Positions 37,201-49,200 of a stretch of DNA of 58,289 nucleotides are shown here, piece by piece. Under the pieces are notes generated by a model. That model saw only the letters and a program-made list of their open reading frames with translations. It was not told the DNA's origin and did no database searches. This stretch comes from Rhizaria sp. SCN 62-66 (lineage: Eukaryota): positions 62,001 to 120,289 of the forward strand of contig MEDY01000043.1 in assembly GCA_001724265.1 (NCBI GenBank), written 5' to 3'. Position 1 is the stretch's first letter; the number at the start of each line of letters is the position of its first letter. Made by a program: the position numbers and the translations under genes.

Positions 37201-40200
37201 GCGGCGCTGAGGCGTGGCCGCTGCCGAGTGCGACGCGGCGAAGGGCGAATCTCCCGCGAAGCCACCACCCGAGTAATAGGCTTCATAGGCTATGTCAAAG
37301 GGTGCGGCGTCGGCAGCAGCGGCTGCAGCAGCAAGTGCGGGATCGCGCTCGCCCGCGCCAGTGCGCGGCGCGGCGTAGTTGGAGCGGAAGAATACGGGCG
37401 GGTCCGATGCCGCGGGCGCGCGCGGGAGGGCGTACACGTCTGGAGGCGGCAACGGTGCAAGGTAGTTGTAGGAGAAGAACGTCGGCGGGAGCACGGGTGG
37501 CGCAGGTAACGAGTGCGCACCGCCGCCCGCACGCTGCAACGGTACAGGGCTGAATGGCACTCCAAGCAGCTGGGCGGCCGCAGCCGCAACGGCTGCTGCG
37601 GAGTTGTAAGAGCCCTGTCCGAGCAGTCCGACACCTTGCTGCGGCGTGCCCTGTGTGGAGCCGTTCGAGGAGGACGAAGATGACGATGGTGGCGCAGTCG
37701 TGCCGTATGGCGTTGAGTGAGAGCTCCCGTTGGGTGCAACACCACCGGGTGTGTTGTTCGCGCTCTGCGCAGTGCCGCCAGGCGCGCCGCGTACGGGTGA
37801 GCCGAATGCGGACGATCCTGTGTTGTTACTGGCGTCACTCGCACCGGGCACGAGCTGGCCGGCAAAGAAACGCGCGCGGGCGACGGCGTCGAACTCGGAG
37901 AAGGGACGCGCCAGCAGGTCCATCAGCAGGGACAGCGCGAAACCAGCCACGCGCGCACGCGCTGCGTGAGGCGCCCACGGTGCACACAGGAACGCGGCGG
38001 GGGACGCGTAGGGCGGGAACGAAGACATCTGCGGGAGTGACGCCTGTGCAGCTGCCGGCTTCGCAGCTGCGGAGTCCGAGGGCGGCATCAGCGTGGGCGC
38101 GTCGAGCGCGGCGTCAAAGGCAGGCTCCCAGGCCGCGGCGGGGTGCGCCAACAGCAGTGCGGGCACGTGCGCCAGATCCCACAGAAGCGCAGCCGCACCG
38201 CCTGCGCCGGTGACGGCGCCGACGGTCACAAACTGGCCGTCGAAGGCCAAGCGAGTGACCCATGCAGCGCTGTCATCGCGTTCGCAGTCGCCCGCGTTGT
38301 CGCCGCAGTCGTCGGGCAACAGCATGTGGTACTCGCTGCTGGCGGCCACAACGGCGGTTTCCTCGGCCAGTACGGCCGCCAATGCGGGATCGAATGTTCC
38401 GCTGGCGATGTCGTACGCCACGGTCACGTCAGGCGCGGCCCACGCCGTGCGCGCGGCCGCAGCGCTCGCGCGCGCGCGGTTCGAGTGCAGCGGCAGCACA
38501 GCGGCAACGCCCAGCGCAGGGTCCGTAAGCAATGCGGTGGGCGCGGGCGCGGCCATGACACGACGCGCGAGAGCAGCCGTTGCTGCCGCTGTCGCGGGAT
38601 CCACAGGCGCGTCCGGGTCGTCGTCGTCGTCATCCCCGCCGTCGTCATCCTCGTCCTCGCCCTCGCTGCCGCCACCACTGCTCTCGCCGTCAGAGCCGGA
38701 GTCCAGGTCGCTGGGGTAAGCGTCGTCGTCGTCATCGTCATCGAGGTCGTCGCCCTCGTCGCCGCCCGCAGCAGCGTCAAGCGCGTTGTCCCAGTTACGG
38801 CGCCTGCGGCGGCGCTGACGCACGGCCTGTGCGCGGCGCTCGGCGGCGGCACGCGAGGCAGCAAGATCCGCATCTGTCGCAGCACCGGCGGGCGCGGGCC
38901 GTGGGTAGCGCATCCGCTCAACGGCTAGCTCAAACGCCGTGCGCTGCGGTGCTGTCGCGGGCACAACCGCCGTGGCAGCGCGCGAAGCGTTAGCGGGACG
39001 AGCATGGGGCAGCGCGTGTGAGCCGAGGAAGACCTGCATGGGCGGCGAGTAGTAACCGACGACGAGACCCAGCGCGGCGTGCAACGCGATGCCGCCACCG
39101 CCACCAGCGCCCACGCCAGCGACAGCAGGCTGACGGGTGGACGCGGGCGCGCCGACGGGCAGCTCCTGACCAAAACCAACGCCCGGAGGCACTGCAGTCA
39201 GCGCGCGCAACAGTAATTGCACGCTGCGGGATGAAGGGCCGCGCAAAGGGCTGCCGATGGGTGAGGCAGAAGACGTGGAGCCCGATGCGGGCGCGCCAGT
39301 CGGCAGCGGGCCAGCGCCACGGCCCACGGCAGCGGGGGCGCCCATCGGCGCGCGTGAGGCCTGCTTGAACGCAAGAGAGGGTGCGAAGAGCACGTGCACA
39401 AGCTTGCCGCCGGTGGCCAGTACGAGGTGCTCCTCGGCCGAGTCCGCAAGTCCAATGAAGCCCGTCGCCGTGGCCGCCTGTGCGCTCGATGACGCGCCCG
39501 TAGCGGACGACAGCGCTGACGCCACGACCGACGCGCGTGAGTGGCCTGAGACAGCAGCAGCGGCACCGGCAGCCATAGGCGTGGCACCGCCGAAGACGGA
39601 GGAAAGCCCACGACGCATGTTCGGCGGCGAGGCGCCGAACGACGCGCTGCTCGCAGCGGCCGCGGTGGGCGAGAAGACCGTGGGACGGCGCGGCTGCGCC
39701 ATGCTCTGGCTGCTCGGGCCGCCAGCGAGCTCACTGTCACCGCCAACAGCTGCGCTGTTCACGGAGGCGACACCCGATGGCACAATTGTAGGGGGGCCGC
39801 CAGCCGAATCCGAAGCGACTGCGGAGGGCCCGGCGGCTGCGGCTGTCGCAGCTGCGAGGGCATTGCCGGAAGGCGCGAGCGCGGCGCCAAGGAAGCCGTG
39901 GGGCGCGGATCCACGCAAGACGCCTGGCCACGCCGGCAGCACGGTCACGGACGTCAGCAACGGCGAAACTGCACGCGTCGCCGCGGCCGCAGCTGCCGAG
40001 GGCGACGGTGCCAGCGCGGCGGCGTTGACGGCGCCCGCGCCGGCAGCCGCGGCAGCGGCACTTGCGGCGGCCGCAGCGGTGGCGGACAGCGCCGAGGCCG
40101 CGGGCGCAGCGGCGTAGTCGGCTGCGAGCGATGCGTAGCGCGCGTTGCAAGCGGCACGACGGCGCGCGCGGTGGAAGGCGCGCAGCGCGTCGAGGTGCAC

Positions 40201-43200
40201 GTACTGCGCCAGCATCGGTGTGATGTCGCAAACGCGCGCACTGGGCGTGCCGCGCTCTGCCGCGCCGCCCGCCGCGGCCGCGCTGCCACTCGCGGCGGGC
40301 GCAGCGGCGTTGAGCACGTACGGCGGCGTCCACTCGCTCCACGCCTGCACAAGCGGAGGCAGCCGCCGGACACCGCGCCGCCCGCCGGGACCTGCGGGCA
40401 CATCGGACTCGATAGCAGCAGCGGACGAAGTGTTGGATGACTGGGGGACGAAGGGCGCTGCGAAGCGGCCAAGTCCTGGCGCGGCCAGCGCAGGCACATG
40501 CGATGGGTCCGCGTATGGCAGCGTGTACGCCGGCGCAGGCAGCGAGCCCCCGGCGGCCGCGGAGTCAAAGGCAGCCGAGGCAGCGGGTGTAATCACGTCA
40601 GCCTCCGTGGAACGCTCCGCAACATCTGCGAAAGCGGCGTCAGCGTCGGTCGCGGCAGCGGCAATAGTGGCGGCAGCGCAAACACCCAACGCAGCCGGGA
40701 GCGCAAGAGCAGGCTCTGCGTAGGCCGCAGCGGGCACAGTGGCGTCGACCAGACACACGCGGTCGTCGAGACCCCACGTGAGCAGGTAGCGCGCGGCGCC
40801 GGTGTCAGGGCCCCAGCCCGGGTGCGCCGCCATCGCGGGCACGGCCGTAGAGCTCCACTGCAAACCGGGCGGGGCAGCGCCGGGGGGCAGCGTGGCGCCG
40901 CCCGGTGCGGGCGTGCAGGGCGTTGGCGTCGTGGAGAGCAACGACGACGTCGACGCACCGGGCGCTAGCGACGGAGGCCGCAAGACAAACGGCGTGTACG
41001 GCGTCGCTGGAACGCCACTGTGCGCGGACGCAGCAGCGGCGTCGGGGGTGAAGCCAGCGGGCGAAGGTGTGGCGTAGAAAGTTGAATGCGCACTGCCGGG
41101 TGTGTGGCGCGCAGGCGTTGACGGGTGGTCACCTGCAGGAGCCGCAGAGCTGGAGCCCTTAGAGGGAGAGAAAGGTTGCATGCGCGCAGCACGTGCAGCG
41201 TCCGCAGTCGCTGTAGCAGCAGCGATGGCAGCGGCAACTTGCGCTGTGTGCGAGGAAGCAAGGAAGTGCCTGTGAGCGTGTCCGTGCAGCGAGATGTAGA
41301 GCGGACACGCCCGCGAGCCGTTGGTGAGCACACTGACGCCGCGCAGGAAGCGGCGCGGCGGCGGCGGTGCGGGCGCCGGTGTGCGCGCAAGGACGATCGG
41401 GGGGAGCATCAACGCATGCGGCGCGGCCTCGGCCTCTGCTGTGGCGGGAGGCGGCGCAAGGGCAGAAGCAAGCGCAGGTGCGACGGCCGAAGCCAGTTCG
41501 AACTGGCTCGCGTTCCAGCGGCCCGTGGCGGCCTCCGTAGCGGCTGCTACAGAGGGCGGCACGTGCATGCCGTCAAAGCGCAGAGCCGGCAGCAACAGCG
41601 CAGGATGCCACCAGGCCGCAGAGGCCGGGGGCGTGCGCAGCGCGGGAGGCAGGGCGTAGACGTGAAGCGCATTGTAGCAATCCGCTGTGACAATACGCGC
41701 GGTGCCGTCGGCCACCAGTGCGACGGCCGTCAGCGGGCCCGGAGGCATCGCGCGGTTCGCGAAAAAGGCACGCGGGCGCGGCGTGGAGTAGAACTGCGTG
41801 AAAAACGGGTGATTGTGATGCCCCGCAAGCAGTGCAACGACGCGGAGAGTGCACAGGTCCCACAGTGCAATCACGCCCGCAGAGTCCCACGACAACACAA
41901 GTCGCGGCGCTGCGGGCGCGCTAAGCGGCGACGCGGGCACGCCCTCAGCGGCCGGTGTGGGCGCGGCCGCGGCAACGAGTCCCGGCGGCAGCTCAAGCGC
42001 ACCGCAGACGAAAGGCAGCGGAACGCTCTCGCCGCGCTGCGGCTGCTGACTCCGTAAGCGCATGAGCGCGTGCAACTGGCGATGCACGGTCACGCGCACC
42101 AGCGCTGCGCCGCGCGAGGCTGAGTCAGCAGCGGGGCCGGAGGTCGCCCACAGCACGAGATCAGGGTCGTTGGCCGCCGTGGTGAGCAGCAATGCGCTGT
42201 CCACGCCGCAGCTGGCGCGGTTACCGGGAAAGCGTGCTGAGATGTGGCGCTGGCGCGAGTGCAGCAGCGCAAGACACGACGTAACCGGTGTGACGTGGCC
42301 CTCAACAGGTCCGATAAAGCCGCTTGCAGTGTCGGCGTCAGCACGCTTGCCCGCAGCGGGGGCAATCAGAGACCGATGCAGCGGCGGAAGCACGGCGGCG
42401 GGCAGCGGAAACGGCAGCGCAGCCGCGAGCAACGCGACAGGCGGCAGCAATGGGGCGCTACGGCGCGCTGCCGAGCGCAGAGCCACCATCGCGCGCGCGG
42501 CCGCGGCGGAGGCGGCAGCGGCAACAACAGCGTCAGGCGCGTGCGGGCCCGCGGAGACCGCCTTGGAGGCTGCGGCAGCGGATGCGGCCGTAGCAGCCAG
42601 CAGCAGCAAAGCCGCCGCCGCAGTGGGCTCGGGACGCGCGCGCGGCAGCAACGGTGCAAGTCCTGGGAAATGCACGCGGAAGCGCGTCAGGGCCTCACTG
42701 GCGGCAGCCTCAAATGCAGAGCCGGCACCGGCGCCGGAGCCCGCAGCGGCCGCGGCGGCGGCGTGCGCAGCAACAGCGGATGATAGAACGACATGGTGTT
42801 GCGAGGCAGCGCCACTACTGCCGGCTGGAATAGCAGGCCCAGGAGCAGCGAGTGCGGGAGTCAAGGCTGCGGAAGAGGTGGTGCCAAGGACACGCACGCA
42901 ATAAGGCAGCGCGGCCGTGACGTGAGTTTGAAGCGGCGCGGGCAGCGTGCGCAGCCACGACTGCAACATGGCCGGCACGACACTGTTGTTCGCCGCCGCC
43001 GCCGCCGCAACCGCAGCGCCGCCGGGACGCACGAAGAGCCGGGTGACGTCGGGGTGCAGCAGCAGCGTCGGCACTGTCGTCGCCAGACGCGCGCCCAGCA
43101 ACACGGCCGACGGCGCAACCGGGGCCCGGGCCGCCGCGCCGTGAGAAAAGGCGTTCGCGGACGCCAGAGCAGAGTCACCGGAGCCCGGAGCCAAGGCGCG

Positions 43201-46200
43201 CGCTTGAGCGGCGGCAGTGGCTATAAGTGTGGCAACCGATGTCGGCGTGAGAACAGTCGCGATCGTTGCAGTGCCGCACTGAGAGCGCGGCGCGTTGTCC
43301 GGAAGCTCCGCAGCGTTGTCAGCAGCGGCGCCAAGCTCCGCCAGCAAAGCAAGCGCCGCGCTAATGGCTGCCTCTGCGGTTGCATCGGCAGGCACAGCCG
43401 AAGCGAGCGCCGCCAGAGCCGCGCCCGCTGGGCCACTAAGCACGGGCCACAGCGCGCGGGCGACGGCGCCGGCCCAGTCGCGAGCGGCGCGACCACCAGA
43501 GGCGGGAAGCGCCACGGCACGAAGAGCGATCTGCAGCTGCCCCAGTGCGATGCGCGCGCACAGCACGCCGCCGCCGGCCACGGCACTGGCAGGGCTAAGT
43601 GCGGGCCGCGCGGCGACGGGCGTTTGCGCGGGGGAAACGGCGGGGCCTCCAGCAGCCGCAGAGATGATGGGCGGGAGCAGCGCAAGTGCGGCGCGCAGAG
43701 AGCGCGGCGCAGCAACGGCGAGAGGCGCATCTGCAGCAGCAGGCGGCGCTCCGGCCGCAGGCGCTAGCGGCATCACGGTCGCCAGCGGTGTAAACGCGCC
43801 AAACGGTAGCGCGACCAACAAGCCCGCGTCACTGCCACCAGGGCCCATGAGAGAAGCCAGCGAGGCCAACCAAGCGTCGCAGCTCGCGCTGATCGCGGCA
43901 GTCGCGCCGGCGACTGCGGCAGCCTCGGCATCAGGGCCAGCGGGCGCTGCGGCGGCCGCAGCGGCGCGGAAGCACGCCGCAAGCACGGGCACCGACAGCA
44001 AAAGCGCGGGGAATACGCCTGTAGCGGCAACGGGCGGCGATGCGAGAGTGTTCAGCAGGGCCGGCCATGCGCGCGCCATCACAGGCGCCATCGCAACAGC
44101 CGCTGCGGAAACGGACAGACGCGCAATTGCGCCTGTAGGTCTCACAGAGCAGACGCACGCGCCCGCGGCGCGAGGCTCCGCGGCGGCAAGCGTGTCGGCA
44201 CGCACGATGTAGGGCTGCGCTGAGTGGAGATTAGCGGCGCACACTGCCGAACCGCTCTCAGAGCCGGCTGTGACGGCAGTCAGCAGCAGCGCAGCAAGCG
44301 CCTCAACACGCGCGCCCCACTGTGCAGCCCTAAGCGCGGGCGCGGCGTGCCCATAAGGCTGAGGCAGAGAGAGCGCAGCCGTGGCAAGCGTGAGCACAGG
44401 CGCTTGCAATGACTGCGACGACGCGCGGGAAGCCAGAGACCAGAGACGCGCGAACGCAGCGGCAGAGCCCGCGGCCACGGCCGCCGTCGCAGCCGTGATC
44501 ATAGCGAGACTCGCCGCGGGCGACACAGTCGGCTGCTGCGGCTGCGGCGCAGCCACGGCGGAAGCAGAGGACGACGCATCAACACTAGCATCCGGCGCGC
44601 CAGCGGCCAGGTCAGCCTTGAGCAAGCGCGCGAGCGCAAGTAGCGCCATTGTGCCCTGTGCCACGCGGGTCGCAAAGCCATCGCCTCCGCCGACCATGGG
44701 GCGCGCGCGGAGAGGCGGGGGCGCGAGCAGTGCTGCCACCGCCGCAAGCAAACCCGAGGGCGCGAGGTAAGCGCGGTTGTAGTCCAGCGCGCGCAAGCTC
44801 GCAACGGCGCTGTTGGCGGCAGATGCGGAGTAAGGCACGGGGTCGACCGCGATGGAGTGTGGCCACAACAAATCACGCGCCTGCAGCTGCTGGCGCCATT
44901 CGCTGTCGTCAAAGTCACCTTCGACGACGCGTTCACCCTCGCTCAGCATCGTCCGCAGCGTCTGCCAACGCGCGGCCGCAGACGACAGAGGAACGAGCGG
45001 TGCGGGCGGCAGAGTCAACAGCTGCAGTGCACGCTGAGCGGACTCGGCCTGCAATCCTGCACTCGCGCTTACTTCAACATCCGCGTCCACATCCACGGGG
45101 GCAGGCGCTAGAAGCGACGCCGCAGCGAGCAGTTGGTCAAGCGGCGTATCGCGCGTGGCGACGAGCAGAACGGCCAGCGCCACAGCAGCGGTCGGCCCCA
45201 CTGCGGGCGCGGGCTGGCGCAGTAACCGTCTGAGCGCGCGCACGACGGGGCCCGACGCGGCGGGCTCAGAAGACACGACACCACATCCCGCACCGTTAGC
45301 GGAAACTGAGAGCGCGACTGACGAGGCCGAGGACGCAGAATGCGGCGACGGCGGGCACGCGCCGCGCACGCCAGGCAGCACAGCCGGCACGGCGCCGGAG
45401 CCCGCGCTAGCTGTGTTACGGCGCGCCGCGCGGCGCGAGCGTGCGCTGATAGAAGGCGACTGCGCTTGTGCGAGCGGCGCGACAGCAGTGCGCGCGAGCG
45501 CAGACGCGGCGGCCGCAACGGGTCCCGCGGGCCAGCCCGGCGTGGCAAGCGCGGCGGGCGTAACGGCGAGCGCGAGCGCGGCCAGAAGCGCGGGGTGCGC
45601 TTGTGTAACCGCGAGCATGCTGTCGACAACGGCCGCCAGCGCGGGGCTCGCAGGCAACGCGAGTGCGAGTGAACGCGCCTCTTCAACGCCGCCATCAAGC
45701 GCACCGACGGGCTCGGCCGCGCTGGCCGCGGACGGCAGCGGCAGCGGCAGCGTCGCCGCGGGGCAGGCAAAGCGCGCCGCGTGCACGGCCGCGGCACGCG
45801 CTACAGAAGCGGGCAGACACGCGGGCACGCGCACCACAGCGACACTAATTGCCGTGTCGGTGCTGGCGGCGCTTGGTGCGGAAACAAACGAGTGTTGCAC
45901 TCGCACACACGCCGTTGCAGTGCCGGTGGTGGGCGAGAGCGGGCCCCATGCGCCCGCAGCAACGGCCGCAGCGGCCGCAGCAGCGGCGGCAGCGGTGGCG
46001 ACCTGTGCCGCGGGATCGCTCTCGGCGGCTGCAGTGGTTGTGGCGGCCGACGCAGAGGGCAACAGCGCCGAACGGGGCGCAGCCGAAGTGGCGAGCACAG
46101 CGGCCGACGCGGGCAGTAGGCTCGCGAGCATTGGCAGCAGCGCGGGCAGTGAGGGCGCGGCGTCGAGAACCACAAGCAGCGGCAAGCGCGCAAACCGTGC

Positions 46201-49200
46201 AAAGTAGCGTTGCGCCTGCTCAAATGTCGCAAACCCAGCACCCTCACTGTCGCCGTCTTCGCCATCATGCGCGGGCGCACAGTCAGGCAGCGGCCATCCG
46301 CGCGCGACCGCCACCGCGCGGTTCGCAGTGTCGGCCTCAAGCGCGCGCCGCAGCGCTGCCAGCGCCTCGAGCGCCACAGTCACCACGCCACAGTCGCTCG
46401 TGGTGTCGGACGTGGCGGAGCAAAACGGTGGGAGCCAGACGATGCGGTGGTACTGCGTGCGCAGCGCGGGGTGCCACGCAAGAGCGGCCGCGCTCACGGT
46501 CTTGCCACAGCCTGAGTCGCCCCACAGAGCGACTACGCGCGCGCCACTGCGGTCAGCAGCAACATCCGCGTCGTCGCCGTAGGTGTAGACCCGCTCGTGC
46601 AGACGACGCTCCTCGGCGTCGAGCGGCAGCGCGAGCGCGGTGGCGGCAGCAGCGAGCACTGCCGGCACCGGAACAAACCACGGGGGCGGCAGCGGCGCGC
46701 CCAGCGGCAGCGGCAGCGACAGCGGCGCGGCGCACACCGCGCACGGCGGCGCGAGCAGCAGCGGCGCGTCCTCGGCGGCACCGGAGACTGTGGGTGCGGG
46801 CGCCAGCGCGGCGGGCGGATGCAAGAAGGCCGGCAGCGGGCCGCGCGCGTCCTGGTCCCACAGCAGCGACGCGGGCGCGCCGCCGGAGCCCGGCGCGGCG
46901 TCACCGTCGCCGTCACCGTCAGCGAGCGCGATCGTCGCGGCGGTCGGCGCAGGAACGGGGTAGACGGAGCAGAAATGCGCAGCCGTAGCGGCGGCCACGG
47001 CGTCCACTGCGGCGACCGCGGCGGCGGCGGTCGAGGCAGCAGCGGCGGCGAAGGCAGCGGCGGCCTGGGTGGCGGTGGCTGCAGCCTCTGCCGCGGCAGC
47101 AGCGCGCTCAAGCTCGTTGGGCCTCGCGACCTCAACAACAGCAGGAGGCGCGTCAATAGCAGCCTGTGTTAAGTCGTTGTGCTCGGACGATGCAGGCTGG
47201 ACGGCTGCAAAGTCGGCCGGATGCGCGCTTGCAGTGCTTCCGTCGCCGTAGCCGTAGTCCTCCTCGTTAGCCGCGGCGCCAGCGGGACCAGCGACACCCG
47301 CAGCAACAGCAGCATCTAAGGCCGTGGGAGGCTCAACCACAACAGGAGCGCTTGCCGGCGCCGCGATCGCTGTTGAAGCGACAGGAGCATTAGCAGCGGC
47401 ATTGGCAGCGCGCGCAATTGCGGCAACCTCCTCAGAAGCGGCCGCAGCCGTAGCAGCCGCGATTGCGGCGGCGGTGACTGCCGCTGCCGCCGTCGTCACG
47501 GCCTCAGCCGCTGCAGTCGCGGCAACGGCGTGGGCGCGCTCCGCGTCTGCGCACACCGCAGCGTTGACCGACAGCGGCCCCAGAGGACGGTATCCGTCGC
47601 AGCGCAGCGCGCGCGCGCGGCTGAGCGGGTAGCGCACACCATGTGCGTTGAGGCGCGCGTAGAGACACGGCGAGTACGCGCCGTAATACACCGGCGGCGC
47701 GCGTGCGAGGGGCACGATGGCACCGGAGTCAGGCTGCTGCGCACTGTGGTTAGCGCAGCCAGAGGAGTATAGCTGGCCCCAGTGCAGCAATCCGCCCTCC
47801 GCAGTCACACTAATGCCGTGCGTCGCAGCTGCGGCGGCGTAAGCAGCCGCCAGTGCGTCTGCATCCCCCTCCGCACTGTCGCTCTGACTGGCAACTCCGC
47901 GGCGGCACAAAGCGTGACGCGCAAAAAACGCGTGCGCGGCAAGTGCCAGACCGCCCGCGCCAGCACCAGCGCCGACGGTCACGTTCACCGCGGCAGCAGC
48001 AGTGGTCGCCGCAGAGGCGGGTTGCGCCCACCAGCCAGGCTCGCCGGGCAGCTGCGGCAGCGGCGGCGGGGCCGCACCGGCAGGCGCAGCGAGCAGCGTG
48101 GCCGCCGCGGGCGCGCAGGGGCCAAAGCCGGAGACCGCGGCTACGGCGGCGGCGTGCGCGCGGAGAGCCTCGGCGCGCCGGCGCTGCGCCTGCCGCTGCG
48201 CTTGCCGCTGTAGCGCCTCGGCAGCGTCCGTGGCCGCCTGCGCCGCCGACGCCGCCAGCGCGGCTTGGGGCGAGATGAGCGACCTCGGACCGCTGCCGCC
48301 GCTGCCGCCGCCGGGCGCGCCGGGCGCCTGCAGACCGCGGCGCCTTGACACGGCAGCAGCGGGTGAGACGCTCGGGCTGAGGCCAGAGGCACTGGAAGCG
48401 CCAGGCACTGCCAATGCGTTCCCGTGACCGTGACCGTGACCGTGACCGAGGGTAAGGGCCGGTCCATGCTCGTCGTCAGTGCCGTCAGCGCCGTGCGCGC
48501 CGTGGCTTTGCGCCTGGCTGAGTGCGTGGCTTGGCGCAAGACTGTGCGTCGGACTCGGGAGATCGCCGTGCGCGTGCGCTTCACTGCAGTCCTCGGTCGC
48601 GGTGCTGTCCGTCCCGGCGCCGGCGTCGCCCGCCGCGCTCACGGTCACCGTGGCTTTCACGGCGGCTTGATCACAAGGCGTCGGCGGAGGCTGCGGGCGC
48701 AGACGGGCGACCGCGCTCGTGGGCCGTGAGGCAGACTCGCTCTCGGTATCGCCGGGCTCGGTCTCAGCGCCGCGGCCGCGGCCGGCGGTGCGGGGACGCA
48801 CGACTCGGCCGCGCGCGCCCTGAACCTGCGACTGAGACTGCTGCTGTTGCTGCTGCGGGTGCTGCTGCGGGTGCTGCGAAGACTGGAGGGCCTGCGCAGC
48901 GGCAGCGCGGCGCGTGGCGGCAACCGTGTCGGCGAATACTGGGGAACACTCGCGCGCGATAAGTGCTGACAGTGCTGCGGCAGACGCCAGCGCGGGCACG
49001 GAACCCGCGGCCGCGGCGGCGCGCGCGGCGGCCTCGCGTGCTGCCGCGAAAGCAGGCACTGCGGCCGCCATGCTCAGCACAGGTTCCGTCAACTCCTGCG
49101 TGGACGCAGAGGAAGACGACGCAGACAATGACGAAGACGTGGACTCAGCCGTGATTGCAGAACGCCAGAGCAGAGGGTCGCGCGGCGGCGCGGGGGATGC

